Below are positions 1 through 12,900 of a DNA stretch of 64,000 nucleotides, in pieces; position 1 is the first letter of the stretch, and each line of letters opens with the position of its first letter. The position numbers and the translations under genes are program-made. The notes under the pieces were generated by a model. The model worked only from the letters and a program-made list of their open reading frames with translations, made no database searches and was not told the DNA's origin. The stretch comes from Narcine bancroftii (taxonomy: Eukaryota), in the NCBI RefSeq assembly GCF_036971445.1, contig NC_091471.1, positions 241,676,001-241,740,000 of the forward strand, written 5' to 3'.

Positions 1-1670
1 TAGAACATTGGAAAGAATTACTGCTAATGTCGATAGGGAGGGTAAATTGCATTAAAATGAATGTCTTCCCAAGGATACAATACTTATTTCAATCGTTGCC
101 AATTCCCTTAACAGAGAAATTCTTTAATGAACTAAAGAGAATAATAAGGAGATTCTTGTGGAAGGGGGGGAAAATTAACAGAATGGTCCAACCAAGGTGG
201 TTTGCAGTTACCAAACTTTAAAAATTATTAGAGCAGCACAATTAAGGTATTTATCAGATTTTTACCAGACAAGGGAAAAACCATACTGGACTAAGATAGA
301 ACTAGATAAAACAGGGGAGAAGGTACCGGAACATATATTTTATAATTGGGATGAAAAGCTGGTGCAATATAAAAACTCACCAGTATTGCATTATTTACTT
401 AATATATGGGAAGAAGACCAGGAAGAAGATCAACTTAGAAAGGAAAAAACGAATTACCAAATACCAAAATTGTTATTGACACAAAACCCACTTATTCCTT
501 TTACAATAGATAACCTTTCCTTTAGAGAATGGGAAAATCAAAAGAATAGAAAATTGTTTTTTTGGGAAATAATTTATTAACATTTGAACAGTTGAAGTAC
601 AAATATGGAATAACTCATGGTACAATGTTTGCATATCATCAACTGAAAGCTTATTTAAAGGATAAATTGGGAAACAGACTGAGATTACCTGAAGGAAGCA
701 GCTTTGAATATGTGATTACAGACACAATAATTAAAAGATTTATAACGAACATGTACATTAAGCTGCAAGATAAGGAAAATGATGAAATAAGCTATAAACC
801 TAAACAAAGGAGGGAAAAGGATTTAAACATAAAGATAAAAAATGAAACATGGAAAAGTTATGTTCTGGAACTATGAAGAATATAATAAACACAAGGTTAC
901 ACATGATACAGTATAATTGGTTACACAGGTTATATATCACCCCTCAAAAGTTAAAAGAATGGGATCCAACATTATCAGATAGATGTTTTCGCTGTAAGAA
1001 GGAAATGGGAACAACAGTACATACAATTTGGGGATGTACGAAAGTGAAAATGTTTTGGGAAGATCTAAATCAGATATTAAATAAAATCACAAAAAATAAC
1101 ATACCAAAAAATCCAGAGATCTTTCTTCTAAGAAACATAAGAAGTAAGGAATTAGGCCTCAAATTGGATAAGGTGCAAAAAGATTCATTATGATAGCCTT
1201 TGCTGAGGCAAAAAAATGTATAATGCCAACTTGGAAAATGGAAGACAGCCTGAGAATACAGCAATGGTACATGGAAATGAATAAATGTATTCCATTGGAA
1301 AAAATAACATACAATTTAAAAAATAAAGTCACATCATTTGAACAAATTTGGGAACCATACATGGAACATAACAGAGAGGGCTTGCCTTGGACCTGCACCC
1401 CCTAAAATGACAAAATGACTTGATCCAGCGTGTAAAAGTAGATGACACATTTTTCTTATTTATTTTTCATTGTGTGATGACATTGTGTAATATTTTCATT
1501 GTCTTGTATATGTTGAATATGTATTGATTTTGGAGGGGGAGGGAAGGGGGAGGGTGGGTAGGGGGGGATAAAAGGGAGAAAATGCCACTGTGTATATTTA
1601 ATGAGAAACATTTGTACATATTTTGGTTGATATGGTTCAGTGCGAAAAATAAAAAATATTTTTAAAAAAT
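1..1670 (+). mobile_element. L1-clade LINE, 3' part of ORF2 (frameshifted) with 3' UTR and A-rich tail
   Basis: IGRVNCIKMNVFPRIQYLFQSLP; QYNWLHRLYITP..CFRC..H..WGC (CCHC knuckle); broken across several frames. Confidence 0.88.
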
Positions 1671-3954
1671 GTATGCTCATCCAAATCGTTAATGAAAATT
1701 TCATGCAGCTGAAAGTCCGAGACTAATACACAGATCTGCTAGTAACAGTAAACAACATTTTTTTTCCACTATCTTTTGATCAGTCCTCTATCCATGTGAT
1801 GCTAACTTCAACCCCATAACAACATATCAAATACTTTCTGAAGCATCTGATTATCTAAAACCAAAATGCTTAATCATATTATGATTTATCAAATATTCTT
1901 TACTACATCAGTTTCTAAAATGATTTGTGTGCACCTTGCAGAAATATAAAATTAGAATAGTGCAATGAGTTTTCCCCTGCAGAATTGTTTACTAAAAGAA
2001 CATTAATTAACCATATTTCCCAGTTACTTTTATGACATTTAATTTAAAAAAAATCCTAAATGCATCCATATTTACTTCCTCCAAACTTCTTTTGCCAATT
2101 TTACACATTTGCCAACATTGAAGTCTCTCCTGGTTAAAATACCTATTTCTTTTTTAGTTACTTGTTTAATTTTCTCCCAAATGTGTTAACGTTGAAAATG
2201 GAAATAAATCCAACTGCTGTGTTGTTACTTATCATACACATCTGCTTCAAATACAAGAAGATTGGCATCAAGCAGCTCCCCAAGTTAGGCTGCAAAAAGC
2301 AGAGCTCATCTCCATGAATGTAACGTAATTCCCACTACATTCTTTTTATCATCTTAACTGAACAACTGTACCACTGTGCCATGGTCGCATTCCCCACCCT
2401 TCCTGGATTTTCTAGACAGCATCGGATTCGAACCGTTATTGGCGCTGTAATTATGTTGCACTAACTGCTAGGCTAACCATGCCACCGTATAGGTAGCAAG
2501 TACCATTGATCAGAGTTCACATGCATATCAACATACAAGGTCCCAATAACTGTTTAATCAACCCAGCCCATTCCTAACCTATGGGTTATGACTGCACCCG
2601 GATTCAAATAGTCCAATGAACTCTTTCAGCTTTATGATTTTCCTCAGTACAGCACAGTCTCAAAAATGACTGAAGTACCTTGAAATTGAACAGAATTACT
2701 GTTAATATTTTTCAACATCTCTTTGCTGACTACATATTACTACATGTTCAACACATTACCTGACTGCCATTTCAATCAACTATTTGGAATAAATAGGTAA
2801 ACTTGCTACCAACAGGTGTCTACTTTTTAAATTGGTTTATCCACCAAAAGTTAGGAATGTTTACATATGAGTGTGAGTAGACACAATCATGGAAATGAAA
2901 TGCTGCACACAATTTTGATGCATTGCCTCCACCTTTCATAAACCACAAATCGAGGAAATGCAATACTTTTCCTCCCTCCCCACCACATATCTCTGGTCAA
3001 AACTAAATGCACAACTGAGGTAATAATCCGCAAGATACTACCTTCTGGATAGAAGCACAAAAGTCTGTAGATGCTATGATTGTAGTAAAAATGCACAGAA
3101 ATGCTGGAGGAACCCAGCCAGTCTTGCAGTGTCCACAGAAGGTAAAGATATCCAGTTGACCTTCAAGCTGAAGGAGATTGCTGTGAATCTTGCATCAAGC
3201 AAGCAATCTGCCTTTAAGATGCCCAGTCTTGGCTGCAGGAAACAGCACTTACTCCTCCGATTTTATAGTACTTCCTCACAGCTGAACATAACCATTAAAA
3301 TCTCTCTCTCATTTTTACTATAAATGCAAAGGGAGAGTAGTATCAGTTCTACATCGCTTTTCGAGGCACTGGCCTAATAATGAAAGATTTGAGCACAACT
3401 GCTATAGTTTGTACAACGCAGTGCCAAACAAATTGTACTGTGAGAGCTGAGATATTAAAACTTAAGACTTATCTACTCCATTAACGAGTTAGGAAACATT
3501 CCAGGTTGTCATCTTAAAGAATAGCAGTCCTCACTGGCAGTAACACATTTTAGGATCATTAATACATTGATGTGAGCAGATAGCTGCAATATTTCCCACA
3601 ATATTCCACTGATGACACTTCAATGTGCTATTACTTTAAAAATGCAATAAGGGCAAAAACCAAGAGAACAATTTAAAAAATGGCAAATAATACAATGCAA
3701 GAGAATACAATCCAATTTTGTCATCCCCAGGTAACAAATGGATTCTGTGTTTACAGACATCCACTTTGACCATGCCGGAAAATATACAAAATAAAATTAC
3801 CCTACCTCTACATGAATTTGTAATGAATGGCATGAAAACTGCACACAACTAGTAAAAATAATTGCGAAAAGTGGACCGAAAAAACTAGTTCTACTACATG
3901 TAGGAAGTACTTAGGTCAGACTTTTGAATAATATCATGGGAGCTTGTTCACATT

Positions 3955-4515
3955 ATAGTAAAGATGTACAAGACATCAGGGAGACCAAATTTAGAGTATG
4001 TGTGCAGTTTTGGTCACCTAACTACAGGAAAGATATCAATAAGATAGAAAGAGTGCAGAGGTGATTTATTTGGTTGTTGTCTGAACTTCAGAAACTGAGT
4101 TGCAGAGAAAGGTTAAACAGGTTAGGACTTTATTCCCTGGAGTGTAGAAGAATGAGCGGAGATTTGATAGAGCTACTTAAAATTATGAGGGGGATAGACA
4201 GAGTAAATATAGATAGGCTCTTTCCATTGAGGGTAGGTGAGATACAAACCAGAGAACAGGGGTTAAGGGTGAAAGGGGAAAAGTTTAGGGGAACTTCTTA
4301 GAGTGGTGGGAGTGAGGAACAACCTGACAGCTGAAGTAGTGAATGTGGGTTCAATTTTAACATTTAAGAAGAATTTGGACAGGTACGTGGATAAGATAGG
4401 AATAGAGGGCTATGGATTAGGTGCAGGTGAGTGGAGCAAGGCAGAAAAATGGTTCGGCACAGACTAGGAGAGCTGAAGTGTCCTGTTTCGGTGTTGTAAT
4501 GTTTGATGGTTCTAT
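3955..4515 (+). mobile_element. CR1 LINE 3' fragment
   Basis: RERLNRLGLYSLECRRMSGDLIE...; CR1-type 3' UTR. Confidence 0.85.
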
Positions 4516-5204
4516 GTACAGGTGTGCACAAAAAGGGCACTTGTATGCTGGAATGGCCAGTTCTGTTTAAAGAGGACACCACAGAGATCCGAATACCTTT
4601 TAAGGAGACAAGTTAGTTCACAGATCATAAAGGACCCCCATTACCTTGGTCACAACCTCTTCTCACTTTTGGGAAGAAAGAACCCTGAGTTCCTGCACTT
4701 CTAGGTTTGAGAGGATTTTTCCTCCCCAACAGCTATCAGGCTCTTGAACCTCCCCTTACTACCCCAAGCATAAGAATCAATGCCACAAAAAGACCGGTCT
4801 GCACTACTGAAACAACAAATTTATATTGTTATCATTATGTATTTATTTATCTCATTCTCTATGGGAATTTTGTGAACCAAGTACCTCTGGCTGCAAGTCA
4901 AAGTTTCTGGCACATATGCATTGCACTTATTTGTGTGACAATAAATATTATTATTTTCTTTGGTTTTTTAGGCCATCAGCTCCCTCCTTCACCTACTCCT
5001 ATGCTCTTTCGAGCTGATCATCACCCACACAGTGGCCATCTGCCACTATTCTCGTTCTGAATGCTAAACAATCACTAATCGCCCTTACATTCTCTCCCCT
5101 CTCCACCCAAGCAAAAGTCTACTTTGGCACAGCCCAGTTTCCCAGATAACCCTGAAGAATCTGAAAAAATAGTTCAGCACAGGCTAGAAGGGCCAAACAT
5201 CAAC

Positions 5205-5650
5205 TATGGTTCTCTGACATGGGGCTTCATCAATAGAGGGATTGAGTTCAAGAGGTCAAGTTGCAACTCTACAAATCTCTGGTGAGACCACTCTAAGAGC
5301 AGTGGTTCAGTACAGGAAGGACGTGGAAGCTACAGAGAGATTTAAACCAGGACGTTGCCCAAAATGGAAAATAAGGTTAGCACAGCTTGGAATTTTCTCT
5401 TTGGATGAGGTGAGACTTCATAGAGGTATGTCTATAAGATTCTGAGGGGCATAGGTAAGGAGGACAGCCAGTGCCTTTTCCTAGGAATAGTAAACATCAG
5501 GGGACATCTGTACAGAGTGAAGGGCGGGGGAGGAAGGGGGGGGGGGGGGGAATTTAATGGATGCCTGGAAATCCTTGCCGGGGTGATGGACACTGAAACA
5601 TTAGGGGCATTGAAGGGATTCTTTAGACACATGGATGACAACATTGTGAA
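5205..5650 (+). mobile_element. CR1 LINE 3' fragment (degraded)
   Basis: Decayed similarity to the CR1 RT C-terminus seen at 57788-58513. Confidence 0.7.
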
Positions 5651-5739
5651 AGAGATCATCCAATTACGGGCTGCTTCCTACCCACCTGTTTCCCCCTTAC
5701 AATTTAATTGGCAAGTCTGCAGGAAGTCGAGCCAAGGGA

Positions 5740-6640
5740 ACCAGTCCCAGCGCTTCCGCTCACCAGGACTGACGTCGGGGGCGCGCGCCCCGCTTTCCCC
5801 CCAGCGCGCGCCCCCGGCCCGGCCCATCCACGCCGCTGCCTGCGCCGCCATTTTGTAGCGTCTTTAATTTTCTTTCTCCCTCACAAAATGTTCCCTGGCA
5901 GGGCTCCCACCGGGCAACAGGCCGGCGGAGTCTGGTCGCGGCGCATCCCTCCGGCATTTCCGCGCGCTTCGAAACCCCTAACAAAGGCAGGCAGCCGAGG
6001 GCCAGAATTTTGGGATCGTTATTTAAACCAACCTAAAAGATCGCGGTCGATCGCTTCACGGTGCAAACCAGTTCGAATTAGGATGTTCGCTCTCGACGAT
6101 TTATGAAAACTTTGAGGGGGGGTAAAAAAAAGGAAAAAAATTCCCTTGGCCAAAAAGCGTACAAGGCCTGCGAACCGAACGCAGTCGTTTGATTGTCATG
6201 CCGATCGGCCAATGGCGCGTCAGCATTCACACCGCCCTGACCATCCCAGCCACTCAGGACAAGGCAGGGCGGGTTCTCTCCTCCCATCAAGTTAGGTTAC
6301 ACGTTAAAATGATGCGACCGAGGCGGAAATTCGGGACCATCTCCGACAGTAAAAACAAAACGCTTTCTCTGAAAAGCGCGACTCAAGAGAGACCTGCTTC
6401 GAAAACAGATATTTTTTTTAAAACAAAATAAAAGCGCACCGCCGCTTTACCTGAGTACCAAGAATCCATTTTTGATTTCGTTAAATTCAAAAAAGCCCTT
6501 GCCCCGCTCCGGGAGAATTGTCCAGCTCCGGAAGAACCGCCCTTCGCGTCCGATTGGTTGTAGCTTCGCGACGACGCATGAGGACCTTTCGAATCTGATT
6601 GGAGGCTGAGCTGTCCCTCAAGGAACGTCCTCATTTTTAT
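5740..6640 (-). promoter_or_regulatory. CpG island / promoter and intron 1 of paralog C
   Basis: CpG-rich; CCAAT boxes on the minus strand upstream of the ATG (gattgg near 6552 and 6597); YY1-like ACAAAATGGCG at 5856-5846. Confidence 0.7.
6451..6469 (-). CDS. Putative coding exon 1 (MDSWYS-G) of a third, divergently oriented AKAP8-family paralog C
   Basis: Minus strand aaaaATG GAT TCT TGG TAC TCA G|gtaaag: same 19-nt length, phase 1 and MDxxYSG pattern as A and B, inside a CpG island. No downstream exon was found in 1-6450. Confidence 0.62.
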
Positions 6641-7889
6641 TTACATAATGGCAATCTACCAAAGGTAGATCACATCGATATTGGGAGCAGGAGACCCCGG
6701 TGATCCTCTCTGCCACTCTTATGGTGCTGTGGATTGGCCTCCAATCCATTTCTCTGCAGCAACTGTACCACAATGATGCAGCCGGCCAGGACGCTCTCGA
6801 TAGAGCTGTTGCAGAAGGTTAAGATAATGGTGGCCGGTAGCCTTGCCTGCTTCAGTCACCTCAGGACGTGCGGTTGCAACCAAAAGCTCATACCCATTGT
6901 GGGCTGATGGTTTCAAGTACAGCACATTCACATTCTGGGATATCAGGGCTGAGAGTTGCAGTGTCAAGGTGGGGAGCCGAGGCATCAGGTCGGAGAGTTG
7001 TAGTCTCAGGGTAGGTAGTCATAGATGGGCATGGAATACCTTCATCAAGATATAATGAGATAGAAAAGCTTTCATCTTTTTAAAGGAATATATAGCTTAG
7101 CACAACATCGAGGTCTGACCTGTACTGTCTTGTAATATTCTATTTAAAACTAATCTAACAGCAATTTGACATTGATCATAAAGTTTCAGAAGTGAATGAA
7201 CATGGCTGTGGGACTCTAGGTGGTTAAAGAGTCTTGAGAAATGACAGCCATTGAAATGAGTCACAGGAGTGGTCCCTGTGGAAGGCAGAAAGGGGTGAAG
7301 AAAGGTAGATGTGCTGCTGGGATCTCATTGTAACTGGCACAAATGACAAAGGATGATGTGCTGGGTGTGAAGGCAAGGTGGGATTAGAGGAAATTTATCT
7401 CAGTTTGGAGGGAGGGATGAGAGCAGAATGCTCTTCATCTGTCCATCATTCTTCACCCCTCCAATTCACAAATCAACTTTCACAAACCCATGACACAATC
7501 CTCCACTGATTTTTATCCCCTCCTCCTCCTGGTTCCATCCGCTTCCACAGACAGGAGACGTCATTAGGATGCAAGAAATTACCAAATGATCAGAAAGTTT
7601 CAAAGCTTCCTTGTAAAAATTACTACTGGGATCTTCTGATCCCCAGGTATTTAGGGTAGTATTGAGAACCTTGAGAAAATGCATTGAGCATGTTTAGAAG
7701 CATGATCTCATTTTTGCACTAATCATTTATTTTAAATAGTGTATTTAAGGAAATGTAATTTATAGGAATTTTTGCACCTGTAATACACAGTACTGCTGTC
7801 ACAAAACAACAAATTTTGTGACACATGTTCATGACAATAAACCTGATTCTGCAGAAGCATCACACAGCTCACACACTAACTCCCATCAT

Positions 7890-8795
7890 TTCCCACAGTG
7901 GCACCTCAGAATCTGTATTTATTGTCATGAACATCATGAAATTTGTTGTTTTGGACAGCCTCACAAGGCAAACATTTATATAAACCACCTTACCAAATAA
8001 ATAAAAATAATGCAAGAAAACCTCAAAGTAAAAGCAGTGTCTGTGGTTCGTTGTTCTTTCAGGAATCTGATGGCAGAGGGAAAGTAGCTGTCCTTGTGCC
8101 ACTGATTGTTTGTCTTCAGACTCTTGCACATTTTTCACGATGGTAGCAGAGTAAAGATGCCATGACCTGGGTAGTTGGGGTCTCTGAGGATAGAGGCTGC
8201 TTTATTAAGATATTGCCTTTTATAGATGTCCTTGATGGATTGAAGTCTGGAGTTTTTACTTGTTCTGAGTGTTGGCACTTCAGTACCAGACAGTAATGCA
8301 ACCAGAATGCTCTCCATGGTACAACTTGTATAAGTTTTTTTGAGTCTTTGGTGACATACTGAATCTCCACAAACACCTCACAAACGAGCCTTCTTTCTCA
8401 TTGAAAAAACACAAATGCTGTAGAAACTCAGCAAGTCAAACAGTGCCTTCATGTAGCAAAGGTGAAGATACATCACCAACGTTTCGGGCTTGAGCCCTTC
8501 ATCACGGTGTAGGGGAACATGAGAGATGTCTGAACAAAAAGGGGAAGGGGGTGAGGGTGGGAGATGATAGGTGGGGGGGGGGGAAGGGTGCATCAATGTG
8601 GAGACCTCAGGACAGAGCCTTGGATATCTTGACACACAGGAATTTGAAGTTCTTGACCCTCTCCACCACTGAACCCTCAATGAGGATGTTTCGTGTCCCC
8701 CTGAAGTCCACAATTATCTCCTCCGATTTGCTAACGTTGAGTGCACGGTTGTTGGTGTGACATCACCCAACGAGATGAACTACCTCCCACCTGAG
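7890..8795 (-). mobile_element. Rex1/Babar-type LINE 3' fragment, interrupted by a Penelope terminal repeat (~8400-8590)
   Basis: KDIYKRQYLNKAASILRDPNYPGHGIFTLLPS and VERVKNFKFL-type remnants on the minus strand. Confidence 0.7.
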
Positions 8796-8939
8796 TGTTA
8801 ACTTACAAATACTTATCTAGAGATGAATTTAGGTCTCCTTAAAAATCAATATTTCCAAGTCTGACAGTATTTAAAAGCTACACTGCCGATCTGTTTTATG
8901 AACTTGACCTCCCATTTTCCCCCACAATATAGCCTGACT

Positions 8940-9925
8940 TGGGTCACGTGTCCGAGCCAGCATCCGCCCTCTGAGGTTGTAGTGCACGTGATCCTCTCAT
9001 TCCAGTGTCACCGGTCCCACCCTCCCCGCCTTCTCTGACGTCACCAAGGCCTTTGCGAACGTATCTCACTGAAGCGGGATAACAATGGACGGTCGCTACG
9101 GAGGTTGGTGCGATCCAGATTGTCTGGGATGGTTGTTAAGGCGCGAGTAAACCTCCCCTTTGTATTCTTGCGAACCATTTAACGAGGATTGCCTCTGGGT
9201 GAGGCTCCGACGCGGGTAAAGATCTCGCTCGGGGTCGCCTGAGTTACTGGCCTCCTGCTTCCTCGTCCTGCTCGCGGATTGGCTGAGCTGCGACCAGCGC
9301 TTCAAATCATAGGCTAGCGGCGCTATCAATCAAGGCCCGCCAGCTTGGCTGCTTCCTCCAGAGCCAGGGCTGCTGCGTTTCCACTCACGTTGGGCTTAAA
9401 GTTAAGGGGAAAATACGGCTCTTGCATAGGAGATGCCGTGTGGAAATCAAATCAATTGATAACGCCAATCTTCCTTCACACGTACGTGAAACGCACTTTC
9501 CACGTGCGGTGCCAGTTGAAGCAACCTCTTTGAAGCCTTCAGTCGAGGCCTTTTCCTTTAAAAATATATATTTTTGACGGCGCCTTCGTCCCCCGCCGGG
9601 GACGAAGGCGCCCCTCCCGCCTTTTCCTCATTAACCTCGCCGGTCGCTGGCTGCAACGCCACAAAATGGCGCCGGCTTTCCTGCCGCCGTCTCCCCCCCT
9701 CCCTCCCCGTGCTCACGAGCGCGCTCTCGCGCACGCGCCAATGGAAGAGGGGGCGTGGACGTCCCTGAAGGCTCGGGCTGGCGCGGGCCCACGTGCTCGG
9801 GTCTCCCTCTCAGCTGGGGTGAAACACGGAAGACTGCAGTCACATGGGAGGTGTGTGGAGTAGGGGGAAACTCGGCATGTCAACCTGCACGTTTTAGAGC
9901 GAAGCCAACGGCACGTGAACGACGT
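8940..9925 (+). promoter_or_regulatory. CpG island / promoter and intron 1 of paralog A
   Basis: CpG-rich; E-boxes CACGTG, GC boxes, CRE TGACGTCA (~9036), YY1-like ACAAAATGGCG at 9661. Confidence 0.75.
9085..9103 (+). CDS. AKAP8L: Paralog A coding exon 1 (MDGRYG-G)
   Basis: ATG GAC GGT CGC TAC GGA G|gttggt in a CpG island; mirrors exon 1 of paralog B and the human AKAP8 start MDQGYGG. Confidence 0.8.
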
Positions 9926-12900
9926 TTCAGACTTACCCTTTATCAAGGCATGCCTTTGAAAAGGAGAACACCTTCAGGGTAGGCGTGCCTCCAAAAGATT
10001 TCACAGTCTTGCAGCATGGAAGTCTGCAGACACCAAGATTGAAGTAAAAACATAATGCTGGAGAAACCCATGAGGAATTTCAGGGTTGTATGTCTATGTA
10101 ATCTAACAATAAATTGAAATCTGACCAACAGTTCCTCCCTGAGCCCTTCATCAAGGTATGTAGGCAAGGAAACTCAGCAGTTCCAACGGTGTACTTTATA
10201 TAGCAAAGATAAAGATGCATAACTAATGTTTCTGGCTTGAGCCCCTTCATCAAGATATGCTTTTTTGAAAAAACTTCTTCAGGGTAGGCATCCTTTGAAG
10301 AGATTTCACGGAGCCATCCAGTAGATGGTCAGTGCGATGCTGTTACGGCACTAACGATCGGGACCTGGGTTTGAATACATTGATGCCTGTAATTGTTTAA
10401 CTTTTCTTATTAGTAATGAATTATTTGTTCAACCAGTTGCCTTCGAAGGGAGGAGATTGATTTTTTTTTTAACCTTTTCAATGTAACATAGGTTTCAATG
10501 CCATTTTTATTACTATGTAACATTTATTTGATGAAACCAATAAAAATATTGAAACAGAGGATACATAACAAATGTTTTGGGCTTGAGCCCTTCAAGGTAT
10601 GAGCAAAATGCAGACATGCCCCTGCAGGAGACTCAGCAGATCAAATTGTACTTTATGTAGTAAAGATAACATTTTAGGCTTGAGCCCTTCGTCAATTTTT
10701 ATCAAGGTATGAGCTTATACCTTGATGAAGGGCTCAGGAATTGTTTCTCCAGCATTGTTTTTTTTTTACTGAAGTCTCGGGTCTGATCCCTTCTGGGAAT
10801 AACCAAACACCAGAAAATCTCAGAATAGAAACAGTGCTGACAGAGGAACGAGTCCAGACCAACACAAGGTGTTCATTAGATATGATATGGGAGAGGTGAG
10901 AATTGATCTTGTCTATTTGAAAAGGGGCAGAGTTGGGGGACAGGTGACGGGGGGGTTGGTTTAGGAAAGCAAGATAAGTTGATATTGATGCATTCTGGTT
11001 GGAGCATGCCTAGGCGGAAGATATCGTGTTGTCCCTCCAATTTGCTGATGGTCTCATTCTGGCAGTGGACAGACATGCCAGCAAGGGAATGGGATGCAGA
11101 ATTGAAATAGGTGGCCAGGGAGGTCCCTGCTATTGCAGTGGACAGAGTCTGGTCCTCAACAAAGTGATCTCCCAGTCTCTCAGATGCAGAGGAGACCACA
11201 ACAAGAACACTAGATGCAGTAGAAAACCCCTGCAGATTCACAACTTCACTTGGAAGGACTGTTTTGGGGGGGGTGGGGAGGATGTGTTGACACAAGCACA
11301 GGTTAAAGAAGCTTCATCGATTTCAGGCACTTTTTCCACGGGTCTCGCCTGACCTCTTGAGAGTTCCAGCATTTTTATTTCAGATAACCTGCTGGAGGAA
11401 CTTAATGGGTTAGGCAGCATGGACAGGTAGAATCAAAATCACGTTTATTGTCATGGAATTTATAGTTTTGTGTCGGCAGTATTGTGCAGAACAAGTTACA
11501 AAACACCGTCTGCAGACACCATGATTGAAGTAAAAACAGCGATGGAGAAGCTCAGCAGGTGTGCGTAGTTTATATATCAAAGATAAAGACACATAGCTAA
11601 TGTTTCAGGCTTGACCCCTTAATCGAGGTATGCTTTTTAAAGGGAGAACTTCAGGGTGGGCATCCCTTAAAGAGGTGGCCTTCTCTACATCGGAGAGACT
11701 GGGCACAAATTGGGAGATTGCTTCACTGAGCACCTTTGCTCCAACCACAATAGCCCACCATTTCAGTTCTCCCACCCGCAAATTGGAGGAACAACACCTG
11801 ATTTTTCAGTCTAAACTCTCTTCAGCCAGATGACATTAACTTTTGCAGTTTCTGCTAACCTGCTTTCCTCTTCCCCCTCTCCCCTTCCAAGTTCTCCCTC
11901 CCTTCACCTAGCCATGCCTCCTCCCCTTGGTCTCTGCTGTTCCCTCCCTCTTCCAACAGCCATCTCCTGCCTTTGTGACCACACCACCTCTTCCCCCCCC
12001 CACTTATTTGTTTGGAAGTCTGCTGACATTTTCCCATACCCTAATGAAGGGCTCAAGGCTGAATCGTCAGTTATATATTTTTGCGGTTGCTATATAAAGG
12101 ACACTGCTTGACCTGCTGGGTTTCTCCAGCTATCCCTTGTAGAGATTTCACAAGAGTTTTGCAGTAGACAGAAATAAAACACGAAATTCTGCAGACACTG
12201 GTTGAAGTAAAAACAATGCTGGAGAAACTCAGCAGGTCAAAGAGTGTACTTTATATTGCAAAGGTAAAGATACATTGCCAACGCTTTGGGCTTGAGCTCC
12301 TCATCAATCTCCATAAACTTTTTATTTGCAATGCTGCCACCACAGCATGCTGCTAAATCCTTAGAATGATAAAATGGGAGTAAACATTTCTCATGGTCTT
12401 ATTACGTCCAACCACATTGACCCCACCCCCGATCAAAGCGGACCCACGCCTCAACTTTTTTTTAGAAGTCTAAAAATTCAGCCATATCCCTCAACACCAT
12501 TGAAAGGAACCTTGCTGGATGTATTGCATTGCATTGTGGGAGCTGCAGACAAGGTTGAAAAAGTTGCTGAAAGTGGTGAATGTTAATAGTATTAATTTAG
12601 ACATACAGCGTGGTAGCAGGCCATTTCAGCCCACGGGCCTGTGCCTCCCAGTTTCACACCTATAACCCCAGTACATTTTGAACAGTGGGAAGAAACTGGA
12701 GTAGACATAGGAAGAACAAGCAAACTCCTTACAGACGGCGCCGGAGACAAACCCTGGTTACTAGGGGCTGTAAAAGCGTTGCACTGACTGCTACACTAAC
12801 TGTGACGCTCCTTTTTTGTGGGGAGGAGTTATGCAGAATTTAACAAACCTTCCCTCCCCTCCAAAGTTCAACTTTGAATGGCAGAATATGTAGATGGACT

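Noticed and set aside
3810-3842. Candidate exon 2 for paralog C on the minus strand (33-nt AG...GT segment)
   Set aside because: Encodes VFMPFITNSCR, with no resemblance to exon 2 of A or B; the real exon 2 is probably outside the window
9666-9863. ORF starting at the AAAATGGCG motif as an alternative first exon (also 45078 and 5851)
   Set aside because: The peptides after this ATG are unrelated among the three islands, so the motif fits a transcription-factor site better
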